Shown here: positions 43,301 through 58,300 of the stretch, one piece after another
How positions within the stretch are numbered: position 1 is the stretch's first letter
Layout: each line of letters starts with the position of its first letter
NCBI GenBank assembly: GCA_002633005.1
Contig: NMRA01000606.1
Coordinates: 107,394 to 171,393, forward strand
DNA length: 64,000 nt
Direction of reading: 5' to 3'
DNA from: Phoronis australis
Taxonomy: Eukaryota > Animalia > Phoronida
The notes under the pieces: generated by a model
What the model saw: the letters and a program-made list of their open reading frames with translations, nothing else
What the model was told of the DNA's origin: nothing
Database searches by the model: none
Made by a program: the position numbers and the translations under genes

Positions 43301-46300
43301 TGTCGGTTCGTCGCACTCTACAATTCACTGAAGAGCAGACGAGACGATTACACTGTGCCGGAACGACATTTGTAAGGTTGGTAGGTCTTTGGTTTGATTT
43401 GGACGCGTTGTTTTGTTTCTGTTTTTGGCTTTCAAACTTGACGAATGTACTGCCTTAATTGCAAGAAACAGAGAAAAGCCAGCCGAACTCATTGGCCAAC
43501 TCATTGGTCCTACAAGTCAGCGCTTGTTCTATGTTCAGATCGAGTCGAGCTTGTGTTTTGACTGGGTCGAGGGTGTTGTGGGTCGTGGGTCGAGAAGTCG
43601 AGGGTCGTGGATCGAGGGGGTTGTGGGTCGAGTGGGTGGAGGGGTGTGGGGGTCGAGGGGATTTCAGAACGATCCTTCTGTGACTGATGAGGCAGGAGAG
43701 TTTCGATTTCAGCCGATACCACAGAGCTAAAATAAACTGCATTTTTCTCCACCGAATCTGAGTTGGGATAAAGCGGAAATCGCTTTTAATTCGCGCTCTC
43801 ATTGTTAAGATATCGTCATTACGGAAAGTCCGTTATTGTCTCTAGACCGCAACCTACAGGTTATAATCAAGGCAAAGAGTTCATTAATCAAAGTAACACA
43901 TGCCAATAAATCCGCCACGCTCCAGCAAGGAACTCCTTGTCAAGATTTGACTCACCTGCGCAATTACTACATTAGTGTCATCACGAAGTAAACAGATGTT
44001 AATGACCTGACAAACTTTGGCAGGTATGTACGCTGATCAAGTATACTTTCGCATAGAGGAAATATTACTGAAAACGATAAGTGGCCTACAGTTGACGTGT
44101 CAAACTCTTAACAAAAATAGCTAGTGCCACCATGGCAATCAGGCAAACGTGTACACGTGAGCTACTCTGCTAGTATTGCGAATTTGATAGGGTAGTTGAT
44201 CACCTTCATTGACGAGTCAGCCAATGTTATGAAAAACATCCACTGACAATTGCATCACACTCTTTTCCGAAACTAGTATTATTGTGTTCTTGGTTCTTTG
44301 CTAATCTATACATACCGTCGCACGTATCTGTATAAGTGTGACGTCATAGAACCGAGGTTTGTTGTGCTTGTGGATATCAAAGCCCGGCTTTCACATTTTG
44401 TGTTCCAGTCACACAACAAATAATGAATGGAATGGACACACTACATTTAGGTTGTATTCCTGATTGATGTTATCAGCTGGTGGAAGGTCGTGTTCGTCAC
44501 GATGTCATGATTGACATGATATATCGTCCACTCTTGAGCTATACAAAATATGGTAATCACTGGTCAATCCAGTTTTAAAATCTGGTTCGGGATATGTTTT
44601 GAAGCACCTGATGATTGCTGTTACCTCATTGGCTCCTTAAGCTGAGCTGTTATCTCATTGCTCATTGGCTGATATTCAACATATATTTCGGGCGCGTGGC
44701 TGGATTGTCGTATAAAGTTGTCATCTATATCCACGGTTGCAAGAAAAAATCTGCCGGGTATGTTCTTAGTGTTTTTAACTTGGTTTAACAGAAGAGAAGT
44801 TTGGTTTGGGAACTTCAAATCAATCTCGCTTTACCAGTGATATCGCAGTCTCATTATGGTGCCTTGACATCTTCTAAGGCGAATTATGGTTGGCGTGCAC
44901 GACACAAATTTTTAGTACGTTCTGAGCAGCGGATTGAAGATGCTGGAGCCGATATCGGCATATAAAACGGTTAAATTTCAAATTAAATGGATTTGTTTTG
45001 TGATACACCAAAATTATTCATTCTCTAACAAAACAGCGAAAGAATATAATGGGTGTGTCCGAAAAAAGTGTTATCGTAAAACCGTCAACTTTTTAGTAAT
45101 ACTTTGTCGATTAAAAACAAACGTGGTGGGTATACAAATCCACCATTTGGCAAAAACTGGTAAAATAGTGTGAACTTTCAATTCCAAACAATTTAAAACC
45201 TATTGAAAATGAAAAAAAAAAACTATTAAGTAATTTTAATTGAAGGCCCCATGAGTGTAAGAAGCGGTGACACATGGTGACGGCAAGATTTATTCCTCTG
45301 TGCGGGTTCGAAAGGCACATATGTACACCACTGTAAGGCGACACTATGAGCCGTGATATTTTTAAATTGTTTCTATTAAGGCAACCCTACTGTATCCCTA
45401 CATGCATTCTGAGTCGATGTCACCCACACTCAGGTATTTCATCAATTGCTTTGCCACATGACAAGGAAACGATAAGTGTTGTTCTTTTTGCAGCCTTGGA
45501 TTCTGCAGAAATGATGTGCGTTTTATATATTTTGGGAGCTTTGTTCTGCTTAGTTGTAGGTAAGTTGAAATAATGATTCAAACACTGTTGTCTATATTTC
45601 TACAATTCATCCACATGTTGCGGTAAATTGACCTAAAAATTAATCGGATTTAGAAAAGTCATGGGAGCTCCTTGTCGTTGGCGAAAAGTTTGCACGCTAC
45701 GCATGATACCCGCGTAAATTAATTGTTGTTACCGTCTTAATTTAATTTTAATTTTAATTTTTAACGGCGTGAATTAACTTTTGACGGCGTAAATTGTCTT
45801 TCAACTGCCCGATTAAACTTTTAATGACGTAAGTGCCAGACTGAAGTGAGCAATTGCCGTATCACGGTGACTACCCGCACGTGTGAGCGCAGTGCTTAAT
45901 TGGCAGCAAATCGGCACCGGCTTTAGTGGCCCTTTAAAAATGTAAAATAGAAAAAAAAAACATCCACATACAGCGATGTTTCGACAAACAAAAAGGAGTT
46001 TTATACCAAAACTGACAATGAGCTCCACATCTGTGCTTGATTTTGCTGCCAGGATACAGAAACTGGCGAAGTAATTCCCTGGCCTGCAGTCGCCGTAACT
46101 CTTCGCCGGGAAAATAACCACTTGCTAAATTGGCACTTTAGTGACCAACGATTAAATGGTAGTTGATTCCAATAGAATTTGTTCAACACGTGACGCTGCT
46201 TCTAATGGATTCACCCAATTAAGGACCGTTAAAAGGAAGAGAAAATGGGACAAAAAAACTTGTGTTAGTGGTAGAATAAATTGCGGCTTCAAAACCATGA

Positions 46301-49300
46301 GAATTGCACAAAAAAATATGTTGTCATTTAATATATTTGTGATGAATACTTTATCTTTCACTTTGAGCTTTAATTTTGGTTGGGAATCTGAATTCTCAAG
46401 TTTCCTTGAAATCTTCTGTGTTTCATAAAAATGTCCCCAGTAGTACCACAGGTTAATAAAGTGGACACTGAATTAATGCTACAATGGCAAGTTCTTATTG
46501 AACTTTGAACTATGAACAAATACACTACAAACTATGTCTCTGCACATGGAGACCCACGAAATGTCGCAGATTTGACGATATGTCCTTTGGCTTCTTCTAG
46601 ACGGTTAGGGAGTCGCGTTGTTCCACCTAGTGGTTGGGTCATTATCGTATCATAGGGCCAGTCTCCTACAGAGGTGACGCTGTCTAGGGGGAATTCGGAA
46701 CACCTCGTGTATTTTCGGTCCCTCCTAGTCTCAAATTTCCCTCTACACTACTTGCTGTTTGTGGTTGAAGTTCACGTATGCTCAGACCATAAACACACCC
46801 GATGAGAAATTCGAGACTACGAAATAACTAAGGTGTTTCCGAGCCTACGAAAAAACATTTGCCTGTCATTGCGTTAATGATTTTTTTGTACATTTTACTC
46901 CTTTACAGTGATAATGTGTTCCTTTCACCTCACCGAGAATGAAACTTTCAAGCGATTCAAAACATTTTATTTGCACATGTTTCAGTTATAAAAACGAAAC
47001 ATATTTGCAATAAAAATTACCTCGCCCTAGAATAAAAAGTGGAAATAAAAAATACCGACCTACGTTCCCACCTCAAAGGAGAGAGGATGGGTCAAGTGTG
47101 GCTAAAAGGGCTCATCGTAGGTAACACGTTGGTTGTTCACCAGACCCCAACAACGTGGTCGTGACCGCAGCGAGCAGGCATTGTTTGCGCTAACGTGAGA
47201 TTGATTAGGAGCCTGTACTGCAAATACAAACATGGGTTAAACTTCGACAAAAATATATTCCATTCATCAACTTGTTTATAACAGGCACAAAGTGGTCCGC
47301 AATGACTTGTTTTCTGGCGTTCTAGTACGCATCAGTGCACTATCACAAAGGCATACGTTGGCAACTCGGCCTTATCGCAATAAATAAGGTGCCGCACCTA
47401 TAGCGATATGGACCAAATAGAACATTAATTTCTATCAACAGCTATCGGTACAATGCTAATGTCAAAAATACAAACCCTGTTTTTCTTGTCAAGCGAGTTT
47501 CTCAATTTTAAATTTAGCTCACGTGCGATCTCCTCGTGTCACCGGGAGTCCTTAGGATGTTTAATGACTACGTATTTGCCATTGTTGTGACGTGTTAGGA
47601 CCCTAAGATTAGAAATGGAATTGTACAGTCACATAGCATTTTCAAACATTTTGTGGCGGTTTTGGATTTGGAATTTTTACAATGTTGTTGTGTACTTGGA
47701 TTAATTGGTGTGGCTGCACCAAATGTATGATATTGGGAATTGGGAAGGATTAAGGTTGACCAGGTACATGTAATATTTTTTTTAAGTTCTTAGTAATTTA
47801 CCCTGCTACATACTGTAAATATAATGATTATTATTTTGTTAATTTCAGCATTTTAATTTATTTGAGTGGGTCCAAAAAGTCAGCAGATATCCTATTAAAC
47901 AAGCGAACAGCCGGATTCCTTTCAATCTTGTCATAGTGACTAGACTACACTCCGACAGCATTCAAAGCCCTATCAGGCAACTTACCAAGTTGACCGACCC
48001 GTTGAATTCACTTTCGCGTACATTTCAACAGACTACATTTCGGGATATTTTTCTCAAGTGTGGATTTGATAGCGAAAATTTGGACGTACTGTTGTTTTAC
48101 TTTGTAACGTATTGATCTTGACGTAGCTGACCCGTGAAGCGGGAAAATATTTGAAGTAGAGAAGAAGCGTCTTTGTCAAACTTTGCCTCCATTTTCCGTC
48201 GCAATCTAGAAACTTCATATATCCTCTGGCCAGGATTTGACCCCTGAAGCTGTATATTATTGTAAGACAAGTGCCCCTTATCTCTCTTCCTGCAAACTTG
48301 TGTCGTAGTTTTTTATCTCAAAATTTATCCAAAGCAACCGTTAGCAAACAGGTCATCTGGAATAATCAAAACATTTTACTTAGCAATAAATCAGTATAAT
48401 TTTGTCGGGAAATGCTTGAAGCGGGACTGTTATTTTGCGAAGATTTTCTAGATACTAAAAATAAAATTCTTGGCTGGGATTTTATCAAAAATAAATACAA
48501 TTTCAAGAATTTTTGTATATTGCAATATAATGTGGTTGTTAGTGCATTAAGGAAGCATCTTGGCGAATTAGAAGCAAGATCTATTGGTTGTAACAACTTT
48601 CATTTTATTAATATAACAGTTGTAGTAAAGGTTGGTTTATAAATTGTACTATATGTATACATACTTTTGCACAAAAACCCGACAATTATGCGAAATTAAG
48701 TAATTATTATAATGAAAAAGAAATCAGAGAAATTTATTTTTTACCCTTTAGCCTTCTCACAAATAAAGAACTTCAGGTACCTCTTTACCCATAGAAGAAT
48801 ATTTACAAATATCACTTTATACAAAATAGGGTTGGTCCAATCTGATAAGTGCCCCTATTGTGATGAGTTACAGACTATACTTCATATGTTTTATTATTGC
48901 ACCTGTGTCAGGACTTTCTGGGAATCAGTGCAAACTATCTTAAATAAAGCCCTAAATACATATTTACGATTTGGGACATGTTAAATTTTCAAAACTCTAA
49001 TCCAAATCACAAATTTTAATTTGCGATTTAGATTAGAGTTTTGAACAAATTAAAATGATGAAGTTACAAACGTATATAGTCCTAAATACAATTTTTACGT
49101 AAATAAATGTGGATAAATGTTCTTCCCCCGCTCCCCTTTCCCCGTTTCAGTTACATTTTATTGCCTTATACATTAATTGGTTAGTACTATTTATACTTTT
49201 GTTAAAGCCAGATCTGAGGCGCCCAACCTCAGAGTGGCTTTGTACTATTGTCTGAGCAGTAAATGTACATGTATAAAAAAACCTTTGGCACTTGTTATGT

Positions 49301-52300
49301 TCAATCACCAGGTGTACCCCAGATATTTTCAATCAGAACTGCTACCTGAGTTCGACCTAGGGGCCCAGGTTAGTTATCCGTCTTTGGGAACACGACTTGC
49401 AGTAGTCTTCCATCGGTGCGCATTCTTAACAATACATCTTCCACCTAGAACTACACGGAGCTGCTGTTGTTCCGTCTCCTGCCGCTGTGTGTTCCGGAAC
49501 TGGCGACCCACACTGGAAAACTTTCGACAGTCTGCACTACGACTTCCATGGTTACGGCAAAGACTGTCTGTACATTATGAGTGAGCTTTGTGTTCCTGGC
49601 AATTTGCATCATTTCCAAGTCCTCACTCGACAAAACCTGTGTAACGGAGGCACGCCGGCTAATCCAATCTCTTGTATAGTGTATGTCGAGGTTAAAGTTT
49701 TTGGACTAACTGTCAGTATCGACGCCTCAGGCATTAAGGTAAGGATACATGTACTCACGCGCTGCTATATATTCATGTACCTTGAGAGTTAGACCAATTC
49801 TATCTTAGTTAAATATATTTTAACTTAATTCTGTGGAACCAGTACCTCTCTTGCGTGTTTTTTTTTTTTGAAATGTATTCCTCACATTACGGGCACTGTA
49901 TTTTAACTTGCTGAGTATTTTAAAACTGCGTTACATGCAGTGTGCTTCATTTTTCAGAAACTGGTGCTGAGATTTACATTTACGCGTTTCAGTAGTCTCG
50001 CTTATCTTCTGAATAAGGCAACTCTGATAACATTCATTTGTTTATATATAAATAAATGAAGTTATACTTCTTGAGATGTGCTGATCTGGAAAACGTGACA
50101 CCTCTAAGATCATACGTCATTTATATTAACTGCAGATTACAAATTCTATTGGCAAACTTCAATATTTCTGTTTATTGGAAAAGATCATTAAAGAGTTCCC
50201 ACTATGCATTTTCTTAGTTTTTGAGGTTTCAGTTAGCGAAAATGAAATACATGCCATACAATCTGACTTTTTATGCCAAATAGTCACGATTTTTTTTAAA
50301 TTGAATTAGAATAAGCATTTCCATTTGTCTGCCAAAGGGTGTATTGGGTGGAATACGTTTGGTCATTTGCCAATTGACAATCAATTATTGCAATGGCGGA
50401 ACGCAGCAGATCAAAAGACTAGGACGATTTTGAGTGAGAACTGGACAATTATTACGCAGATAGAGAGGAGAGAGGATACGGGCATCACACACTCAAGTAC
50501 TTGAAGTACCAGACAACGAATTTGATTTCCCATTTAGCGAAATTTCGTCGGCTTTGAGGCCGTAGTACATATATGAACTCGACCCAGTTGCACGAGAAAT
50601 GCTGCAGACATCATGTGAGTCACAGCCACCTGAAGCAAGGGGTGGTCAATATTGACAAAACAGACACTTAATAATCACTGACAAAGGCCACAGTAAACCT
50701 GGGTTACTCCTATTCAGTATCGCCATGATGGAATGAGCCCAAATTCTAACACAATGCGTAAGCCTACGAGTACGTGTCGTGGCACTCGATCTGGGCCGGG
50801 GTAGAGGATCTAGCATCACTCACCCTTGAATGGAAACAGTTTGTTCGTTATTTATAAAAATTGCATACACTTACGAGGTGTCAAGTCCTTCATCGTAACT
50901 CGTTGTTGTGTTTGGTCTAAACACGATTCCTCGAAATGTGACAAATAAAGTGTGGCTCTCGACTGAATCGCATGTTCTACACTGGCACTCCACACTCTCA
51001 TGCGGTGCACAAACCGATGCCATTTTTGTGCAATTTTCAAGTATTTAGGAAATTTGAACACAGATAGGTTCTCAGTCAAGTTCCTGTCACTACAGCCTCC
51101 ACTAACGCGTCTTTCCATGTCTGAAAAAGGCGGCTCTCTGCAAACTTTACTCTCACAACTCCTCAGTATCGCACTGGTAAAAACAACTCAACGGTGGAGA
51201 CGATCTTCCACCTGTAACGTACAACGCCAATAACAGAAAAACTATATATTTTTTTTTAAATTTTTGGCTTGTTTCCTAGTAATACATGTAGGTATACTAA
51301 ATCCCATCAAATCTCTTAATGTGTANCTTAATTCTGTGGAACCAGTACCTCTCTTGCGTGTTTTTTTTAGATGTATTCCTCACATTACGGGCACTGTATT
51401 TTAACTTGCTGAGTATTTTAAAACTGCGTTGCATGCAGTGTGCTTCATTTTTCAGAAACTGGTGCTGAGATTTACATTTAGGATTTAGGCGTTTCAGTAG
51501 TCTCGCTTATCTTCTGAAGAAGGCAACTCTGATAACATTCATTTGTTTAGATATAAATAAATGAAGTTATACATCTTGAGATGTGCTGATCTGGAAAACG
51601 TGACACCTCTAAGATCATACGTCATTTATATTAACTGCAGATTACAAATTCTATTGGCAAACTTCAATATTTCTGTTTTTTGGGAAAGATCATTAAAGAG
51701 TTCCCACTATGCATTTTCTTAGTTTTTGAGGTTTCAGTTAGCGGAAATGAAATACATGCCATAAAATCTGACTTTTTATGCCAAATAGTCACGATTTTTT
51801 TAAATTGAATTAGAATAAGCATTTCCATTTTTTTGCCAAAGGGTGTATTGGGTGGAATACGTTTGGTCATTTGCCAATTGACAATCAATTATTGCAATGG
51901 CGGAACGCAGCAGATCAAAAGACTAGGACGATTTTGAGTGAGAACTGGACTATTATTACGCAGATAAAGAGGAGAGAGGATACGGGCATCACACTCAAGT
52001 ACTTGAAGTACCAGACAATGAATTCGATTTCCCACTTAGCGAACCTTCGTCGGCTTTGAGGCCGTAGTACATTGTACATATATGAACTCGACCCAGTTGC
52101 ACGAGAAATGCTGCAGACATCATGTAAGTCACAGCCACCTGAACCAAGAGGTGGTCAATACTGACAAAATAGACACTTAATAATCACTGACAAAGGCCAC
52201 AGTAAACCTGGGTTACTCCTATTCAGTATCGCCATGATGGAATGAGCCCAAATTCTAACACAATGCGTAAGCCTACGTGTCGTGGCACTCGATCTGGGCA

Positions 52301-55300
52301 GGGGTAGAGGATCTAGCATCACTCGCCCTTGAATGGAAACAGTTTGTTCGTTATTTATAAAAATTGCATACACTTACGAGGTGTCAAGTCCTTCATCGTA
52401 ACTCGTTGTTGTGTTTGGTCGAAACACGATTCCTCGAAATGTGACAAATAAAGTGTGGCTCTCGACTGAATCGCATGTTCTACACTGGCACTCCACACTC
52501 TCATGCGGTGCACAAACCGATGCCATTTTTGTGCAATTTTCAAGTATTTAGGAAATTTGAACACAGATAGGTTCTCAGTCAAGTTCCTGTCACTACAGCC
52601 TCCACTAACGCGTCTTTCCATGTCTGAAAAAGGCGGCTCTCTGCAAACTTTACTCTCACAACTCCTCAGTATCGCACTGGTAAAAACAACTCAACGGTGG
52701 AGACGATCTTCCACCTGTAACGTACAACGCCAATAACAGAAAAACTATATATTTTTTTTTAAATTTTTGGCTTGTTTCCTAGTAATACATGTAGGTATAC
52801 TAAATCCCATCAAATCTCTTAATGTGTATTAATAAAATCTTTTGCGACGCAGGGTCATGGTGGGAACTCTTTAAAGGAGAAATGTTTTCGTCAATCCACA
52901 GACATGAAGTAGATTAAGACACCTATGGTCACGTATAACCCTAGATAAAATGCTGCCTTCTCAAACTAGTAATGGAGACAAATCTATTCACGTCATTCAC
53001 AACACTGACCATGCGAATTCAGTTGGTAAAAATCTTCTTTTTAAAAGGTACATGTAGGGTAAATGTCCTTTCACCAACATTCACTAATTTTTCTGTGCCA
53101 CAACTGTGGGAAAAGTACTCTAGAACTGTGTTTGGGATTTACCGTAGTTTGTGCCGATGTTTTACTGTTAGTTTTTGTGCATTGGGGATATACGTAACCT
53201 AATACGATATCAATCCCAAAGCGGCTAAAACATGTTTGAAAATCCCTTACAACGTTTTCTTTGTCAGCAAGTCTGGTTGGAGATTTTGCAGAGTTGATCG
53301 ACTACTGCGAGAAAATACCTCCTGCTAAGAATCACGGAATCCGTTCAGTAACATAACCAGGAATTATTGTAGTTGAGCAATGTTTAAGAAGGCTCTATTG
53401 GTGAATCAGCAGTACCTTCTGAACAAATTTTGGAAAACATCTTTTTTCTTGTCAATTTTCAGATCAATGGTTTACCCGTCACTGTTCCTCTTACGTACCC
53501 GTGGCTCACAAATTGGCTTTCGATCACGAACAGCGGAGGCCCCATTACTGTGCTCACAAATTTTGGCCTCAAAGTGAAAGTCACTATCGGTACAAGCTGG
53601 ATGAACGTGAGAGTTGAGCTTCCAGCTAGCTATGCCAAGAGGGTCTGTGGTCTGTGCGGAAATTTCAACGGGAATAGCAATGTAAGTTGGAAACTAGCAC
53701 ATTTCAGTTTGAATACTGGAAATAAAACCAGAAACTACTTTAGCAATATTCGCATGCAATAGGTTTCACTTTCTTTAAAATGTGAGAGGAGAGATCGTCG
53801 CATCCGTAATGGATTGTAGTGAATTGAACAGATGCAAGAATAAACGCTGCAGGTGGCAGGATATCCCGTAAATCTGAACTCTGACATGCGCACGTATCAC
53901 TTTTTCTACAACCGTTCCACACCTGCATGTCCATTAATCTGAGAAATGTTAAAAATTTTGCGCCATACGATGTTCTCCAATATTTGATGAGAACATAAAT
54001 CTGGTCGCATTCATCTAACAGAGCTTCTTGGGGAATCGGTATTATTTCTAGTCATTAAGCATAAAATTGCCTCTACTGGATCAGCTAATGGCGTTATTTT
54101 CGCAGTTTTGTCTTTCCATATATGGATTGACTGACTTAGCAAAAACAAGTTAACTCAGATATTTGGATTAAATTGACAACTGACACTAAAGTAGACTAAG
54201 TACATTGTACATTATGGAGCGTCCACTCACATATATCCGATAGAGTAGTTGTCGCTCTATGCATATCATGACAGTGAACATGTAACAAGTGTACGGCGCA
54301 CAAAAGAAGACCCATCTGAATTTGGCCACATGCAGCTGACAAGTTACTTCCGCCTTGCCCCAGCTCTGCGGCCGGCACACAGCTATTAAAAGTGCCTCGA
54401 GTTACAAAAGAACAAGTACGCTACCTCGATATAAGGTGGAGTAAGTTGCTACAAGATGGCAAGTTGCACTAGTTTAAGCAGCACCCACGGAGCCATCAAT
54501 CCTAGCGACAAATCGTGCCAGGAATAACTCGTTCTAGATTAACTCTGGGTGTGTGGACGGCACGTTCGTACTCCATACCAATTAGCGTGAACCGCTCTAT
54601 GAAAAAATAGCACATGTTCAAAGAGAGAGCGCAAGAATGACTTGAGTTACATTTGAGCTTATTTTTCTGTTGCAGGACGACACAACAATCATTAATGGTT
54701 TCGACGAGTGCCAAGACCCGGGAGCTCTTAGTTGGATAGTGCCGAATTGCGCATGTGACGGGAAAAAGAACCCCAAGTGAGATTGACGCCTCTTTTCCTC
54801 AGCTTTTTCCCTTCCTACTTACGAGCGGTCGCTTGGTAGAATACATGTATTAGTCAAATTCCGTATTTCCCCCTTTCGGAACACCTAGGGTATTTCTGAT
54901 TGCTGATTGCTCGAACTTAACTGTATAGCCAATCATGTTACAGTTTGAAACTCACCTGACTCTTTTCATCACTGAAGTTTGCACATGCACAGATTGCCGT
55001 TTAACCCTGAGGGTAAATTAGAGACTACAAAAATATCCGAAGTGTTCCGGATAGATTTTGAATTGAGTTCACTCGTATTCCTGTATCTATGTATGAACTA
55101 TGGTAGGTGTTTGCTACTGTAATACTCGCATTCCTGTATCTATATATGAACTACGGTAGGAGATTCAGGATTGCTTTATTTACTAAATCCAATGGTATTC
55201 ATGTCCATTGCAATTTGTACAACTGGTAATGTAAGTGCAATATGATATTTGAATTGTTGTAACAGAAACATTGTTAAGATTTGTTTTTCTGTTAAGAGCT

Positions 55301-58300
55301 CAAAACGTTTACATGTTTATAGTTTTTACAAGACAAATTCTAGTGTAGTGGTTAACTGCCAAGTTTGGTGCTCTGTCAATACTGAAAGTTGCCGGTACAA
55401 CCTAACTGAATTGCTCATTCATGTTCTCTGCGTTTCAGGTGCTGGACACCATGCCGCAAACACACCACTCGCCGTAACGTTTTTGAAGGGGTGACTGCAA
55501 ACAACCTTCAAGTGGCACGCAAATTCTTTGAAATAGGTATAATAAGATATAGTTAACCGGAGACAAATCTGTACTGGTTCACAACAGATGAATGGAAATA
55601 GGTGTATGGAAACTTGATCCTGTTCCTTGTCTTATAAAGCCGTAATGTAAATTCATACAAGCCGCATTTTTAATCACATGCTCGAACTTTGAAAACTCTG
55701 TAAAGATGAAGGGCGACTTGGGCATTATTTAACGCTTCTTTAAACTAAATAAGACAAGAAAATTCGCTACATGAAATCATTGAGTGATTTTAAAATAGGA
55801 TAATCTAAGGCGATAATGTTAACTTCATATCAATATGACATGAACTCATCGATGAATTCAATTAAGAAACATTTGAAAGTTAGCTGAATGTTTGTAGTAG
55901 CGTACACGTAGCTCGGTGTTGTATAGTATCTGTATCATAGCATTGAAATCTTTGGACCACAGACTGACTGATTTCGTTGAAATCACACAGAAGTTCAGCG
56001 AAACCAAACATTTTTGCATTGTAATGCATGCGCGCACCCAGTGGGGAAGGGGGCTCGGGAGGCTCGAACAAGCCCTCCTCCCACCCCCCATTTGGCGAAA
56101 TTGGACAAAATGTCCTCCTCAGAGAAACAATAAGTCCGAAAAAGCAAAACACGAGATGAAAGTCGACTAAACATTTAGGAATTCGGCGAATGCAGATGTC
56201 GTAGCTCTGAATGTACCACGTTTTTTTGTTGATAAATGGTTCGCATTCCCAAAATTCGAGCCCCCCCCCCCGTCTTTAGGCTGGTTGCGCGCATGTTATT
56301 TTCATCAGGAAAATCGGAAAGCCAAAAAGGACATAAAATGCAAGTTTGTGTTTTCTCTTACCCATATCACAAATTCACGACTGCGCCTGTTCCAGAACGG
56401 AGACAAGATTCCAAACGCTCTTGAGCTAAAAATTTTAGAAATTTCGTCTGAAATATGTCATTACATACCAGATTTTTTCTTTATTTCCATTTGTCTGGAT
56501 TTTGTTTGTATTTGCAACAATGATTTCGGCCTGAACAAGAAATTGCTTTCAAAGTGGCGGGGCTTCCAGATCCCGGTTAGCGCCTCACTGCGGACAAAAC
56601 AGCTACTGAATACCAGTCCGCATTAGTGCACATAATTGTCATCAAACCTGGTCTACGCATTTTTCCCTTTTGGTTGGAGCTACAGCGGCTCGAACCGTGG
56701 ATTTGGGCCTTTTGAAGAAGACGACATCAGAGCCCGGGTGTGAACTTTGTACTCAAAATCGAACTCGACGTAATTTTTGTGCCATTTTCCANCTTTAGGC
56801 TGGTTGCGCGCATGTTATTTTCATCAGGAAAATCGGAATGCCAAAAAGGACATAAAATGCAAGTTTGTGTTTTCTCTTACCCATATCACAAATTCACGAC
56901 TGCGCCTGTTCCAGAACGGAGACAAGATTCCAAGCGCTCTTGAGCTAAAAATTTTAGAAATTTCGTCTGAAATATGTCATTACCTACCAGATTTTTTCTT
57001 TATTTCCATTTGTCTGGATTTTGTTTGTATTTGCACCAATGATTTCGGCCTGAACAAGAAATTGCTTTCAAAGTGGTGGGGCTTCCAGATCCCGGTTAGC
57101 GCCTCACTGCGGACAAAACAGCTACTGAATACCAGTCCGCATTAGTGCACATAATTGTCATCAAACCTGGTCTACGCATTTTTCCCTTTTGGTTGGAGCT
57201 ACAGCGGCTCGAACCGTGGATTTGGGCCTTTTGAAGAAGACGACATCAGAGCCCGGGTGTGAACTTTGTACTCAAAATCGAACTCGACGTAATTTTTGTG
57301 CCATTTTCCAGTCTGCTTTTGTCCGAACTGATGGTTAGTGTACATCATTGTGTGCTTGAGTGCACTATGGTTTACTTGGGTGATTGTCTAATTCTAGTTA
57401 GTACTTGATGGCCACAGCATTATATCTGCAAGTTGGAGTTTGAATTCAAAATCTTGAATTTTTACTCGAGTTTAGACTTATAATCTAGGGTTCATCAAAT
57501 GCAAATTTGGACAAGAAACTCAATTGTTTGAACTAGAGCACAGAATAACAGACACTTGTCTGAAATTCACTCAAAAGTGGGACGGAAATTGACAAGAAAT
57601 AATTTCGAGTTGGGTTTTGAGTACGAGATTAGACCCTGGTTCCCGGCAAGAATCTCGCGAAAACGCGTAAGGCCCAGTGAGATGTCGCCATGCATTACAA
57701 GAGAATAAGTTAAACATGATCACACTAATTTCCTTCGCGAGATTCTTGCGTCCATGTAACTCAACCGAGCTGATGCCAGCGTATGTTCAAACGCCCTCTT
57801 CAGGTGGTGAATGCTCACTAATTTGTCAATATCTCTCTGCAGCAAACATAAAAGAGGCAATGGAAAACGACAAACTGAACGTTAACGTGGACAAAGCACT
57901 ACGCTTCGATGTGCTCCTGCGAAATGCTGCTTTCGATCTGGACCACAAGGCCCCTCGGTGCGCCGTTTTTGAAACTATCGCGGGTGAGGTGGAGGGAGCG
58001 AACCCCCAATGGAAAAAAGTCTTCAACTGCTGTAAGTGACAATACTGCGAGTCTGTTGCAACTTCTTTATTCATATATAAGATTTATAAAATCCCCTCTG
58101 ACAAAAACAAGACTTGCTTTGCCAGCGGAGATATTTTACTCCTCAGAAGGTGTTGCAAAATATTTTGTATTATTATCTTAAGGTGGGTTCGACCTCGTTT
58201 TTGTAAAGATAGTGTAATTATCTTAGCAAACTATAATCTACAAGCAACGGTGTTATGTATACTTCACAAAATTTAAAGACTTGTTTTCAAATTTCACTTA

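Noticed and set aside
50852-52621. Tandem pair of host THAP genes
   Set aside because: Both lie inside a Kolobok element, lack key Cys ligands, and the duplication is probably an assembly artefact.
56236-57145. Duplicated 113/122-aa ORFs
   Set aside because: No recognisable domain; they arise from the N-joined duplication in an intron.
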